From assembly GCA_965208545.1 (NCBI GenBank), contig OZ242341.1, positions 2,399,380 through 2,463,379 of the forward strand: DNA of 64,000 bases, read 5' to 3'. A model generated the notes under the pieces. That model had not been told where the DNA came from and ran no database searches. It saw only the letters and a list, made by a program, of their open reading frames with translations. Within the stretch, counting starts at the first letter, position 1; each line of letters begins with the position of its first letter. Shown here one piece after another: positions 9,018 through 18,020 of the stretch. A program made the translations under genes and the position numbers. The DNA comes from Candidatus Poriferisocius sp. GTDB lineage: Bacteria > Actinomycetota > Acidimicrobiia > Acidimicrobiales > Bin134.

Positions 9018-9106
9018 TCCAAGCCCGGTTCTAGTCCTGCCGGTGGTCTGCTGATCGCTGCACCCTGTTGTGGTCGATTGCCAAGCAAACAAGCCAAAAT
9101 AGAGCC

Positions 9107-10285
9107 ATGACCGAGCTCGGATATCTCGCCTTTGACGCCGACAACCACTACTACGAGGCCACCGACGCCTTCACCCGCCACATCGACCCCAAGATGGCCA
9201 AGCGCTGTATGCAGTGGGCCGACATTGGGGGTAAGCAGCGGCTGATCGTCGGTGGGCGGATCAACCGGTTCATCCCCAACCCAACCTTCGACCCGGTGGC
9301 CAAGCCCGGCATCCTCGACGAGTACTTCCGGGCCAAGACCTCGGCCAGCGACATGCGGGAGGCGTTCGGCGAGCTCGACCCCATCAGCCCCGCCTATCGC
9401 AACCGCGACGATCGGCTGGCTCTCATGGACTCCCAGGGGCTGGGCGGCTGCTTCTTGTTCCCCACCTTGGGCGTGGGCATGGAGGCCTGCCTGGAAGACG
9501 ACCTTGGCGCCATCACCGCGGCGTTTGGGGCGTTCAACCGCTGGTTGGACGAAGACTGGGGCTTCTCCTACCAGGAGCGCCTGTTCACCGCCCTGTATCT
9601 GAGCCTGGTTGACGTGGACTGGGCGCTGGGCGAGCTGGAATGGGCCATCGGCCGGGGCCTGCGGCTGGTGAACTTCCGGGCCACCTCGGTGCCCGACGGC
9701 CACGGCAACTACCGCTCTCTGGGCCATCCCGCCCACGACCCGGTGTGGCAGTACCTCAATGACCACGGAGTGTGCGTGGCCTTCCACTCCGGCGACTCCG
9801 GCTATTCGTTCATGAACCACCGCTGGGGGCTGGGCACCGAGACCGAGGCCTTCCGCTACAACCCCCTCCAGAGTCTGCTGTCGCACTCCCCCATCAGCGA
9901 CACCATGGCATCGCTTCTAGCCGACGGCGTGCTGGTGCGGTTCCCCAACCTGCGGGTGGCCACAATCGAGACCGGCTCGTACTGGGTACGGCCCCTCATC
10001 CAGAAGCTGGCCAAGACCTACGGCCAGCACCGCCACGCCTTCGAGGAAGACCCGGTGGAGACCTTCCGCAACCAGGTGTGGGTGTCGCCCTATTACGAGG
10101 ACGACCTGCACGAACTGGCCGGGCTGATCGGCACCGATCACATGCTGTTCGGCTCCGACTTCCCCCACGCCGAAGGACTGGCCAACCCGGTGTCGTTTGT
10201 GGACGACCTCTACGGGTTCAGCGACGACGACATCCGCCGCATCATGTGCGAAAACGGCGCTGGCCTGTCGCGGCTGGCCGTCTAG
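9107..10285 (+). CDS. Amidohydrolase family protein (amidohydrolase_2 / ACMSD-like)
   Basis: ATG 9107 opens MTELGYLAFDADNHYYE (metal-binding D-x-H-like motif), and the protein ends ...MLFGSDFPHAEG. The track ORF starts at an upstream TTG (9068). Confidence 0.75.
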   Translation: MTELGYLAFDADNHYYEATDAFTRHIDPKMAKRCMQWADIGGKQRLIVGGRINRFIPNPTFDPVAKPGILDEYFRAKTSASDMREAFGELDPISPAYRNRDDRLALMDSQGLGGCFLFPTLGVGMEACLEDDLGAITAAFGAFNRWLDEDWGFSYQERLFTALYLSLVDVDWALGELEWAIGRGLRLVNFRATSVPDGHGNYRSLGHPAHDPVWQYLNDHGVCVAFHSGDSGYSFMNHRWGLGTETEAFRYNPLQSLLSHSPISDTMASLLADGVLVRFPNLRVATIETGSYWVRPLIQKLAKTYGQHRHAFEEDPVETFRNQVWVSPYYEDDLHELAGLIGTDHMLFGSDFPHAEGLANPVSFVDDLYGFSDDDIRRIMCENGAGLSRLAV

Positions 10286-10336
10286 CCCAGACCACCGCCC
10301 GGCGAGAGTTCACCACCCGATTGAAAGGGGCCTCCC

Positions 10337-11641
10337 ATGGCCTGGGATTTTGAGACCGAACCCGAGTACCAGGAGCAGCTGGACTGGTCCCGGGCGTTCC
10401 TCGATGAGCACATCCTTCCGCTGGAGCCCATCGAGCTGGAGGTGACCGACGAGCAGTGGAAGGCGCTGACCGCCCCGCTGAAGCAGCAGGTCAAGGACCG
10501 GGGCCTGTGGGCCTGCCATCTCGACCCGGAGCTGGGAGGCCAGGGCTTTGGCCAGGTGAAGCTGGGGTTGATGCACGAGATCCTGGGCCGATCGTCGATC
10601 GCCCCGGCCATCTTCGGAAACAACGCGCCCGACTCCGGCAACGCCGAGCTTCTGGCCATCGGCGGCAACGAGGAGCAGAAGAAGCGCTGGATGGAGCCGC
10701 TGCTGGCCGGCGAGCTGCGCTCGGGGTTCTCCATGACCGAACCCGACACCGCCGGGTCCGACCCCACCTTGTTGGAGACCAATGCAGTGCGCGACGGCGA
10801 CACCTGGGTGATCAACGGCCACAAGTGGTTCACCTCGGGCGGATCAGGGGCCGACTTCCTGATCGCCATGGTGGTGACCAACCCCGATGTCCACCCGTAT
10901 CAGGGATCGTCCATGATCGTGGTGCCCACCGACACCCCCGGTTTGGACATCGTGCGGGATGTGCCCAACATGCACCACCCCTATCCGGGCCAGTTCGCCC
11001 GCCATCCCCTGGGCCACTCCGAGGTGATCTACAACGACGTGCGGGTGCCGGCTGAGAACTTGATCGGCGAGCCCGGCGACGGGTTTGTGCTGGCCCAAAA
11101 GCGCCTCGGCCCCGGCCGCATCCACCACGCCATGCGCTGGATCGGCCAGTCGCAGCGGGCGCTGGACATGATGTGCGAGCGGGCTCTGTCCCGATTCGCC
11201 CACGGCAGCCTTTTGGCCGAAAAGCAGATGGTGCAGGACTTCATCGCCGAGACCCGCATTGATATCGCCTCGGCCCGGCTGCTGTGTCTGCACGCCGCCT
11301 GGCACATGGATAAGCACGGCTCCTCGGCGTCGCGCACCGAGATCGCCATGATCAAGGTGTACGGCACCAAGATGCTGTTCAACGCCATCGACCGCTCCAT
11401 CCAGGTCCACGGCGCCCTGGGCTACTCGGCCGACATGCCCCTAGAGGAGATGTACCGCAACGCCCGTGCCTCCCGCCTGGTTGACGGGGCCGACGAGGTG
11501 CACAAGGTGTCCATCGCCCGCCGCACCCTCAAGGAGTACGCCGCGGTTGACGGCTTTCCCACCGAGCACATCCCCACCCGCCGAGCCGCCGCCCTGGAGC
11601 GCTTCGCCGAGCACCTCGACATCGAGGTAATGAACAGCTAG
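10337..11641 (+). CDS. Acyl-CoA dehydrogenase family protein
   Basis: The 434-aa protein has GFSMTEPDTAGSDP, WVINGHKWFTSG and a C-terminal QVHGALGYS...ARASRLVDGADEVH, which are classic ACAD motifs. Confidence 0.85.
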   Translation: MAWDFETEPEYQEQLDWSRAFLDEHILPLEPIELEVTDEQWKALTAPLKQQVKDRGLWACHLDPELGGQGFGQVKLGLMHEILGRSSIAPAIFGNNAPDSGNAELLAIGGNEEQKKRWMEPLLAGELRSGFSMTEPDTAGSDPTLLETNAVRDGDTWVINGHKWFTSGGSGADFLIAMVVTNPDVHPYQGSSMIVVPTDTPGLDIVRDVPNMHHPYPGQFARHPLGHSEVIYNDVRVPAENLIGEPGDGFVLAQKRLGPGRIHHAMRWIGQSQRALDMMCERALSRFAHGSLLAEKQMVQDFIAETRIDIASARLLCLHAAWHMDKHGSSASRTEIAMIKVYGTKMLFNAIDRSIQVHGALGYSADMPLEEMYRNARASRLVDGADEVHKVSIARRTLKEYAAVDGFPTEHIPTRRAAALERFAEHLDIEVMNS

Positions 11642-11675
11642 CTCCGGCTCAACGGGGTAGGGAGGCCGGTAGCCT

Positions 11676-12278
11676 TTGGGGATGTCCAAGCCGCTGGCGC
11701 TGCGCTTTCTGCGGTCGGCCAGCGATGCCGATCAGCTGCCCGAGTCCCGTTGTGAGGTGGCGCTGGTAGGCCGGTCCAACGTGGGCAAGTCATCGCTTCT
11801 CAATGCAGTGGCCAACCGCAAGGGCCTGGCCCGCACCTCTAAGGCCCCGGGGGCCACCCGGCTGCTCAACATCTTCGAGCTGGAGGGCGAACCCGGCCGC
11901 TGGCTGGTGGACCTGCCCGGCTACGGCTTCGCCAAAGCCCCCAAGGCCGACCGCTACCGGTGGCAGGAGATGATGGACGGGTACCTGATCGACCGGCCCG
12001 CGCTCGTGCAGGTGCTATTGCTGATCGACGGCCTGATCGGCCCCACACCGTTGGATCTTCAGACCGTGGAGTGGCTGACCCACCACGAAGTTGCCCTGCG
12101 CCCGGTGGCCACCAAGGCCGACAAGGTGAAGTCCTCCCAACGCGGCGCCCGTCGAAACGAGCTGGCCCAGGGCCTCGGCGTCGCTCCCGGCGATGTACTG
12201 TGGACCAGCGCAGCCAAGGGCCAAGGCGTACCCGAATTGCGAGCCGAGTTGGCTGCCGCTCTGCGCCTCAATCCCTGA
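11676..12278 (+). CDS. engB: Ribosome biogenesis GTP-binding protein EngB/YsxC/YihA
   Basis: It has the G1 motif GRSNVGKSSLLN, then TSKAPGATR and DLPGYGFA, which together form the EngB signature. GGAGG lies 10 nt upstream of TTG 11676. An alternative ATG is at 11682. Confidence 0.8.
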   Translation: MGMSKPLALRFLRSASDADQLPESRCEVALVGRSNVGKSSLLNAVANRKGLARTSKAPGATRLLNIFELEGEPGRWLVDLPGYGFAKAPKADRYRWQEMMDGYLIDRPALVQVLLLIDGLIGPTPLDLQTVEWLTHHEVALRPVATKADKVKSSQRGARRNELAQGLGVAPGDVLWTSAAKGQGVPELRAELAAALRLNP

Positions 12279-12894
12279 GCGAAAACCCCACCGCGGCCTC
12301 CAGCTCAGTAAGCGCCTCGTCGACATCCACCACCTTGATGGTGGTCATCCCCATGGCTCGAGCCGGCTTGAGATTCACCCCCAGGTCGTCGAGGAACACG
12401 CACTCCGACGGCTCCACGCCCAGCGCCTTGCAGGCCATCGCGTAGAACGCCGGGTCGGGCTTCCGAACCCCCACCACGGACGACTCGATCACTACGTCGA
12501 ACCACTCCAGCACCTGGGCCAGCTCCGCTGACCGATCTGAAGACCCCATCGGCGAGTAGTTATTGGTCAAGAGCCCCGTCTTCAACCGCTCCGAACACCG
12601 CCGAACCGCCTCAGCCATGCTGGGAATCAGCTCCCCACCCAGGCTGTTCAACACCGCCGTCCCGTCCACCCGAAACCCCAGTGCCGCCGCCTCTGCCTCA
12701 AACGCCTCGGCGAATTCGTCCAGCCCAATCTTCCCCCGCTCCATCTGTGCCCAGGCATTGCTATCGGGATCAGTCGAATTGATCCGCCGAATCAACCCAT
12801 CCGGCAAACCATTGGCCCGCTCATAAGCCGCAAACCCCTCCCACGGCCCCGACACGATCACCCCACCCATGTCAAACAACACCGCCTCAATCAC
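12268..12894 (-). CDS. HAD-superfamily hydrolase (subfamily IA)
   Basis: It has motif I (AVLFDMGGV), then LLTNN and FLDDLGVNLKPA. Its 3' end overlaps that of engB by 11 bp. Confidence 0.8.
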   Translation of the reverse strand: MIEAVLFDMGGVIVSGPWEGFAAYERANGLPDGLIRRINSTDPDSNAWAQMERGKIGLDEFAEAFEAEAAALGFRVDGTAVLNSLGGELIPSMAEAVRRCSERLKTGLLTNNYSPMGSSDRSAELAQVLEWFDVVIESSVVGVRKPDPAFYAMACKALGVEPSECVFLDDLGVNLKPARAMGMTTIKVVDVDEALTELEAAVGFSLRD

Positions 12895-12930
12895 CGAACG
12901 ACCTCATCGAGTTGAACTATCCAGCATTGG

Positions 12931-14148
12931 TTACTGCCGCGGGCGGACGGAGGCGGGGGTGAGGGTGGACGCTGTCGGGACGCCGATTAGGGCGAGGGTG
13001 CGGTTTAGGTCTTCGGTGAATTGGTCGATGAGGTGGTCGACGCCGGGTTCGCCGGCGGCGGCCAGGGCGTAGAGGTAGGGGCGGCCGAACATCACCGCAT
13101 CAGCGCCGAGAGCGAGGGCCATAGCGACGTGGCTTCCCCGGCGCACGCCGCCGTCGCAGATGATGTCGATGTCGTCGCCCACGGCGTCGGCCACCTGGGG
13201 CACCAACTCCAGGATGGGCGGTGCGCCGTCGAGCTGGCGGCCGCCGTGGTTGGACAGGATGATTCCGTCCACGCCCTGATCTGCCGCCATTTGGGCATCG
13301 GCCACCGATTGCACTCCCTTGAGCACCAGCTTTCCGGCCCAGCGCTCCCGGAGCCAGTCGAGGTCGTCCCACGACAGCTCCTGGTTGAACTGGTTGTGGG
13401 CGAACTCGGCCAGGCCCAGCGCCGAGCTGCCGTCGTAGCCCTGCACTCCGGTCAGGTTGGCGAAGGTGATCGGGTCGGACCGCAGCAGCGACCACGTCCA
13501 TCCCGGTCGGCGCAACCCGTCCAGCACCGTATCGGGCCCCAGCGTGGGCGGCAGGGTGAAGCCCCGGCGCACGTCTCTCTCCCGGCGGCCGAACACCGGT
13601 GTGTCCACCGCCACCAGCAGAGCCTCGTAGTCGCAGTCGGCCGCCCGCTGGAGCCAATCAGCCACCAACCCCCGGTCCCGCCAGAAGTAGAGCTGGAACC
13701 ACAGCGGGCCGTCGCTCACCTCTCTGATCTCTTCGATGGAGCGGGTGCTCAGGGTAGAAAGCGAATAGGCGATCCCCTTCCGGGCGGCGGCCCGGGCCAC
13801 GGCCAGCTCCCCGTCGGGGCACACGATGCGGGTGAACCCGGTGGGCGCCAGCGCGAACGGCACTGGATGGCGCCGGCCCAACAGGTCCACCGAGGTGTCC
13901 AGCTCCGACACGTCGCGCAGCACTCGGGGCACGAACTCCCACTGGTCGAAGGCCGCGGCGTTGCGCTCCATGGTCAGCTCGTCTTCTGCTGCCCCATCGA
14001 TGTAGTCGAACACTCCCGCCGGGAGCTGCCGCCGGGCCAGTTCCCGCAGGTCAGCCACCGACGCCGCCCGGCTCAACCGCCGCTTGGCCCGATTGGGCTC
14101 GAGGCGCCGAAACCGCGCTACCGACCGCAGCGTCCGAATCATGCCCAC
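12931..14148 (-). CDS. FMN-dependent alpha-hydroxy acid dehydrogenase/oxidase (LldD/glycolate oxidase family)
   Basis: FDYIDGAAEDE...N..AF, LVLKGV, ILSNHGGRQLDG and DGGVRRGSHV are canonical family motifs. Confidence 0.85.
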   Translation of the reverse strand: MGMIRTLRSVARFRRLEPNRAKRRLSRAASVADLRELARRQLPAGVFDYIDGAAEDELTMERNAAAFDQWEFVPRVLRDVSELDTSVDLLGRRHPVPFALAPTGFTRIVCPDGELAVARAAARKGIAYSLSTLSTRSIEEIREVSDGPLWFQLYFWRDRGLVADWLQRAADCDYEALLVAVDTPVFGRRERDVRRGFTLPPTLGPDTVLDGLRRPGWTWSLLRSDPITFANLTGVQGYDGSSALGLAEFAHNQFNQELSWDDLDWLRERWAGKLVLKGVQSVADAQMAADQGVDGIILSNHGGRQLDGAPPILELVPQVADAVGDDIDIICDGGVRRGSHVAMALALGADAVMFGRPYLYALAAAGEPGVDHLIDQFTEDLNRTLALIGVPTASTLTPASVRPRQ

Positions 14149-14209
14149 AGTCTGAACTTACAGCGGCTCTGCTCGCCGCCCCTCAATCGGGATTGTGGGA
14201 GCATTGCCC

Positions 14210-15019
14210 ATGATGGGCACTGACTACTGGCGGGAAGGCTACGTCATCCGGCGCCAGTTGGTGCCCGAAGAGATGATCGACACCCTCAACCGGAGATTCG
14301 CCGACATCGCCGAGGGCATCGTCGCCCAAGCTCCCAACATGCAGATAGCCCGCAACGTGGAGGTGGCCAAGGGATTTGTCACCCCCCGCACCCCGGCCCA
14401 CGGCATCGCCAAGGTGAACTTCGTGAATGGCGACCCGGTGCTGTCCCGCTACGCGCACTATGAGCCGATCATCGACCAGGTGGAGGATCTTATCGGCGAC
14501 GACCTGATCGCCTTGAACAGCATGTACCTGAACAAGCCCACCGATGTCGACGGCCGCCACCCCCTGCACCAGGATCTGCTCTACTTCCCCCTTCGTCCCG
14601 CCGACCGCATCGTGGGGGTGTGGACGGCGCTCGACACGATCACCCGGGAAAACGGCTGCCTGGTGGTGTTGCCCGGCACCCACACCGGTGAACTCCTCGA
14701 ACACGACTACCCCGACTGGGAGCACAAGAACTTCCTGTTCTTCGGGGCCAAGGGCATCAACGTCGACCAGCGGGTCCACCTAGAGATGGACCCCGGCGAC
14801 ACCTTGTTCTTCCATCCCCTGCTGGTCCACGGCTCTGGCTACAACCGCACCGACGACCTACGCCGGGCCATCGCCGTCCACTACGCCAGCTCCCACTGCG
14901 AAGACATCTGGCACGGTGAGACCAAAACCATCGGCAACTTCGACCCCCGCCTAGACATCCGCCTAGTTAGAGGCCAAGACCCTCACCACTACGCCCATAA
15001 CCCCGCCACATCAAGCTGA
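14210..15019 (+). CDS. Phytanoyl-CoA dioxygenase (PhyH) family Fe(II)/2OG oxygenase
   Basis: It has HPLHQDLLYFP (HxD), VLPGTHTG and HPLLVHGSG. The track ORF starts at GTG 14195. ATG codons at 14210 and 14213 are more likely starts. Confidence 0.75.
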   Translation: MMGTDYWREGYVIRRQLVPEEMIDTLNRRFADIAEGIVAQAPNMQIARNVEVAKGFVTPRTPAHGIAKVNFVNGDPVLSRYAHYEPIIDQVEDLIGDDLIALNSMYLNKPTDVDGRHPLHQDLLYFPLRPADRIVGVWTALDTITRENGCLVVLPGTHTGELLEHDYPDWEHKNFLFFGAKGINVDQRVHLEMDPGDTLFFHPLLVHGSGYNRTDDLRRAIAVHYASSHCEDIWHGETKTIGNFDPRLDIRLVRGQDPHHYAHNPATSS

Positions 15020-15976
15020 GGCCTTACCCCCGTACGCAGAATTGAACTTTGCCTGAAGCCACGGCCCGGCTTTCACGGTGCCATACCTGGCCGGGTTGGT
15101 TGCACTGACGCAGGTATCGATTGGGGTCACCTCGGTGTGCCAATTCGGCAAATGGAAGAACGCAATCGCATAGCGGTGCTCGCGCCGTGCCCGCTCGATT
15201 GCCGGGAGAGCCACGCGGTGACGAGTAGAGCGCCATCGATCGTTGGTCCATTGCGCGAGGAGGTCGCCAGTGTTGATCACGAAGCAGCCGTCGATTGGCT
15301 CGACCGGAACCCAATGGCCTTCGACGTGTTCAACTTCGAGTCCTCCAGTGCCCGCACCCGGCAACAGGATTGTGAGGGTCCCGTAGTCAGTGTGAACCCC
15401 GGCTCGCAGCTGGCCCTCCTCCGCGGGCTGGGTGACGGGTGGGTAGTGAATGCCACGAAGCGCGGCCAGGTGTTGGTCAATCGATGGTTCGAAGTGCATT
15501 GTCGGCAGGTGGAGGGCTTCGGCCATCAGTTGAAGGATGCGCCCGGCAAGGTCCTCCATCGCGTCGTAGTACGCCTCCAAGGCCGGACGGAAGGTGATTG
15601 GGTGTGACGGCCAGAGTCGATCGTTGCCCCCGAACGCGCCAGTGGGATCAGGGTGGTGTTTGGGGGGTGCCACGTTGAAGGTCTCTTTGAGATCCGGGGG
15701 AGTCGCTTGCCCCAAAGACGCCGCAAGGGTCTCTTGTTGGGGCGGGTGGTAGCCATAGGGATGGTTCGCGTCCGTCGGGTGGTGCCCAGTCATCTTGACG
15801 TCGTGGGATTGACCGAAGAACGCAACGATCTCATTCCAAGCGGTGTCGATCGTGTGGCTGTCGACGCCATGGCCAACAACGGCGAAAAACCCAACGTTCG
15901 CTGCGGCGTCATCGATCTGGCGTACGACCGAGTCGCGTGAGCCACTCAGGTCTACGACCGGAATGCTCATGGCCAT
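15011..15976 (-). CDS. 2OG-Fe(II) oxygenase (isopenicillin N synthase-like family)
   Basis: It has the N-terminal IPVVDLS...GFFAVVGHGVD, then HTDYGTLTILL (HxD) and RHRV. Its 3' end overlaps the PhyH gene by 9 bp. Confidence 0.8.
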   Translation of the reverse strand: MAMSIPVVDLSGSRDSVVRQIDDAAANVGFFAVVGHGVDSHTIDTAWNEIVAFFGQSHDVKMTGHHPTDANHPYGYHPPQQETLAASLGQATPPDLKETFNVAPPKHHPDPTGAFGGNDRLWPSHPITFRPALEAYYDAMEDLAGRILQLMAEALHLPTMHFEPSIDQHLAALRGIHYPPVTQPAEEGQLRAGVHTDYGTLTILLPGAGTGGLEVEHVEGHWVPVEPIDGCFVINTGDLLAQWTNDRWRSTRHRVALPAIERARREHRYAIAFFHLPNWHTEVTPIDTCVSATNPARYGTVKAGPWLQAKFNSAYGGKASA

Positions 15977-15978
15977 AG

Positions 15979-16101
15979 ATCCTCCCTCAGCCTCTGGCCA
16001 ATTATGCCCCGCATTACAGTGTCGGCATCACCCGCTCATCGGTCGCGACCCACCTCAGCAACCTCACGGCTCAAGGCAAGGAAAAGGGGCGCGGCTACGT
16101 C
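15979..16101 (+). other. In-frame, start-less remnant of a winged-HTH domain upstream of the psuK start
   Basis: The psuK frame is open back to the TAG at 15976-15978. It reads ILPQPLANYAPHYSVGITRSSVATHLSNLTAQGKEKGRGYVV with no ATG, GTG or TTG before GTG 16102. Confidence 0.5.
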
Positions 16102-16983
16102 GTGGCCGACGAGGCCTATGTTGTCGTCGTTGGCGGAGCGAACGTCGACATCGAGGGCCGGAGCTCCACACCGCCACTGCCAAACGAATCGAACCCTGGT
16201 GCCGTCGCGATCTCGGCTGGTGGCGTCGCCCGCAACATCGCCGCGAATCTCGCCTCGACCGGACTCCAAACCCACCTGATAACCGCCCTCGGAGAGGACG
16301 ACCACGGCCAACTCATCTACAACCGCACATCAACTAGCGGTGTTGATCTGTCTTCGGTGCTGTGGACCTCCCAGCACCCGACGGCCACATACCTGTCGAT
16401 CCTTGACCCGAGCGGCGAGCTCCTCATGGCCGTCAATGACATGGCCATCACCGCAGTCGTGGACCGCAAGGCCATCGCGGCGAGCGCGGATCTCTTACGC
16501 CACGCCCGGGTTGTGGTTGTGGACTGCAACCTCGGTGACGAGGCCCTCGATGAGATCACCAGCCTTTCCTCTACCGTGTTCGTCGACGCAACCTCGGTGG
16601 CCAAGGCACCCCGGATTCGGCCCTATTTGGATCGCGTCCACACGCTGAAGCCAAACCGCGCCGAGGCGACCGCGCTCACCGGGATCGACATTCACAACAC
16701 CGAGACAGCTCGCAAAGCTGCGCAGTGGCTCCTTGACGCTGGTGTCGCCAACGTCTACGTGACGCTCGGACCCGACGGTGTCGTCTGGGCCAACCAAGAA
16801 GGCGGCGGCGGATTCCTCTCGGCACCCCAGGTTCACGCGCTCAGCGCGACCGGCGCGGGTGACGCGTTCACCGCAGCACTTGTTATGGGATTCTGCAACC
16901 TCACCGGCCCCGACGAACTCGTCGAGCTCGCCACCGAGCAAGCCGCAGCCATCGCTACCGAACTCACCCCCGGCCCCCAGTAG
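16102..16983 (+). CDS. psuK: PfkB-family carbohydrate kinase, pseudouridine kinase type (YeiC/YeiI-like)
   Basis: It has VVVVGGANVDIEG, GGVARNIA and a C-terminal TGAGDAF. It sits immediately upstream of psuG. Confidence 0.8.
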   Translation: MADEAYVVVVGGANVDIEGRSSTPPLPNESNPGAVAISAGGVARNIAANLASTGLQTHLITALGEDDHGQLIYNRTSTSGVDLSSVLWTSQHPTATYLSILDPSGELLMAVNDMAITAVVDRKAIAASADLLRHARVVVVDCNLGDEALDEITSLSSTVFVDATSVAKAPRIRPYLDRVHTLKPNRAEATALTGIDIHNTETARKAAQWLLDAGVANVYVTLGPDGVVWANQEGGGGFLSAPQVHALSATGAGDAFTAALVMGFCNLTGPDELVELATEQAAAIATELTPGPQ

Positions 16984-17006
16984 GCCGGCAATCCCCAGGA
17001 GATGAA

Positions 17007-17948
17007 TTGAACTCGCAGCACACAACCCACATCGTGCTCAGCGACGAAGTCGCCGCCGCGGCAGCCAACCAGGAAGCGATCGTTGCTCTCGAGTCCACCA
17101 TCATCACCCACGGAATGCCCGAACCTGACAACGTCGAGACCGCCCGCCGCGTGGAAGCAGCCGTTCGCGCCAACGGCGCAACCCCAGCCACGATCGCGGT
17201 CGTCGACGGCGTCGCCCGCATCGGACTCACTGACAAGGAGCTTGAGCGGCTCGGCCAGCCCGGCCCGGAGCTCGTCAAGATCGGCAACCAGAATCTCGCC
17301 GCGTCGTTCTACCTTGGTCAAACTGGCGGCACCACCGTCGCAGTAACCATGAAGCTCGCCGCTCTCGCCGGTATCAAGATCTTCGCCACGGGTGGGATCG
17401 GCGGCGTCCACCGCGGCGCGCAACACAGCTTCGACATCAGCGGCGACCTCGAAGAGCTCGCCCGCACCCCCGTGGCCGTCGTTTCCGCAGGCTTCAAGTC
17501 GATCCTCGACGTCGCCAAAACCACCGAGTACCTAGAGACCCTTGGTGTCCCGATCGTCGGCTACCAGACGACAACGCTCCCGTCCTTCTACAGCATCGAA
17601 AGTCCCCATGAGGTCAGCCTCCAGTTGGACAGTCCCGAATCCATCGGCGCCTACCTTCACACCCACTGGAGCCTTTACCCAGCCTGCGGTGCCGTGATCG
17701 CGAACCCCATCCCACAACACGCCGCGATCCCCACCAACCGCATCGAGGCGGCAATCGCCCAAGCGTGCGTTCACGCCGATGCTGAGGGCATCAGCGGCAA
17801 AGAACTCACCCCATTCCTACTGCAATGGCTCGTCGATGCAACCGACGGCGAGAGCCTAGAAGCGAACAAAGAGCTGGTGGTCAACAACGCGAAGGTCGCC
17901 GCGCTGATCGCCCAGCACCTCACATCGCCATGTGAGTCCCAAAACTAG
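17007..17948 (+). CDS. psuG: Pseudouridine-5'-phosphate glycosidase
   Basis: VALESTIITHGMPEP.N, GGTTVA.TM and FATGGIGGVHRGA are hallmark PsuG/YeiN motifs. The start is TTG 17007 or GTG 17034. Confidence 0.9.
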   Translation: MNSQHTTHIVLSDEVAAAAANQEAIVALESTIITHGMPEPDNVETARRVEAAVRANGATPATIAVVDGVARIGLTDKELERLGQPGPELVKIGNQNLAASFYLGQTGGTTVAVTMKLAALAGIKIFATGGIGGVHRGAQHSFDISGDLEELARTPVAVVSAGFKSILDVAKTTEYLETLGVPIVGYQTTTLPSFYSIESPHEVSLQLDSPESIGAYLHTHWSLYPACGAVIANPIPQHAAIPTNRIEAAIAQACVHADAEGISGKELTPFLLQWLVDATDGESLEANKELVVNNAKVAALIAQHLTSPCESQN

Positions 17949-18020
17949 AAGGGTGGTGCCAACAACCCCACGCGTAACGACTGCAACCCGCCACCAATAC
18001 AGCAGTACGATGACCAGGCG

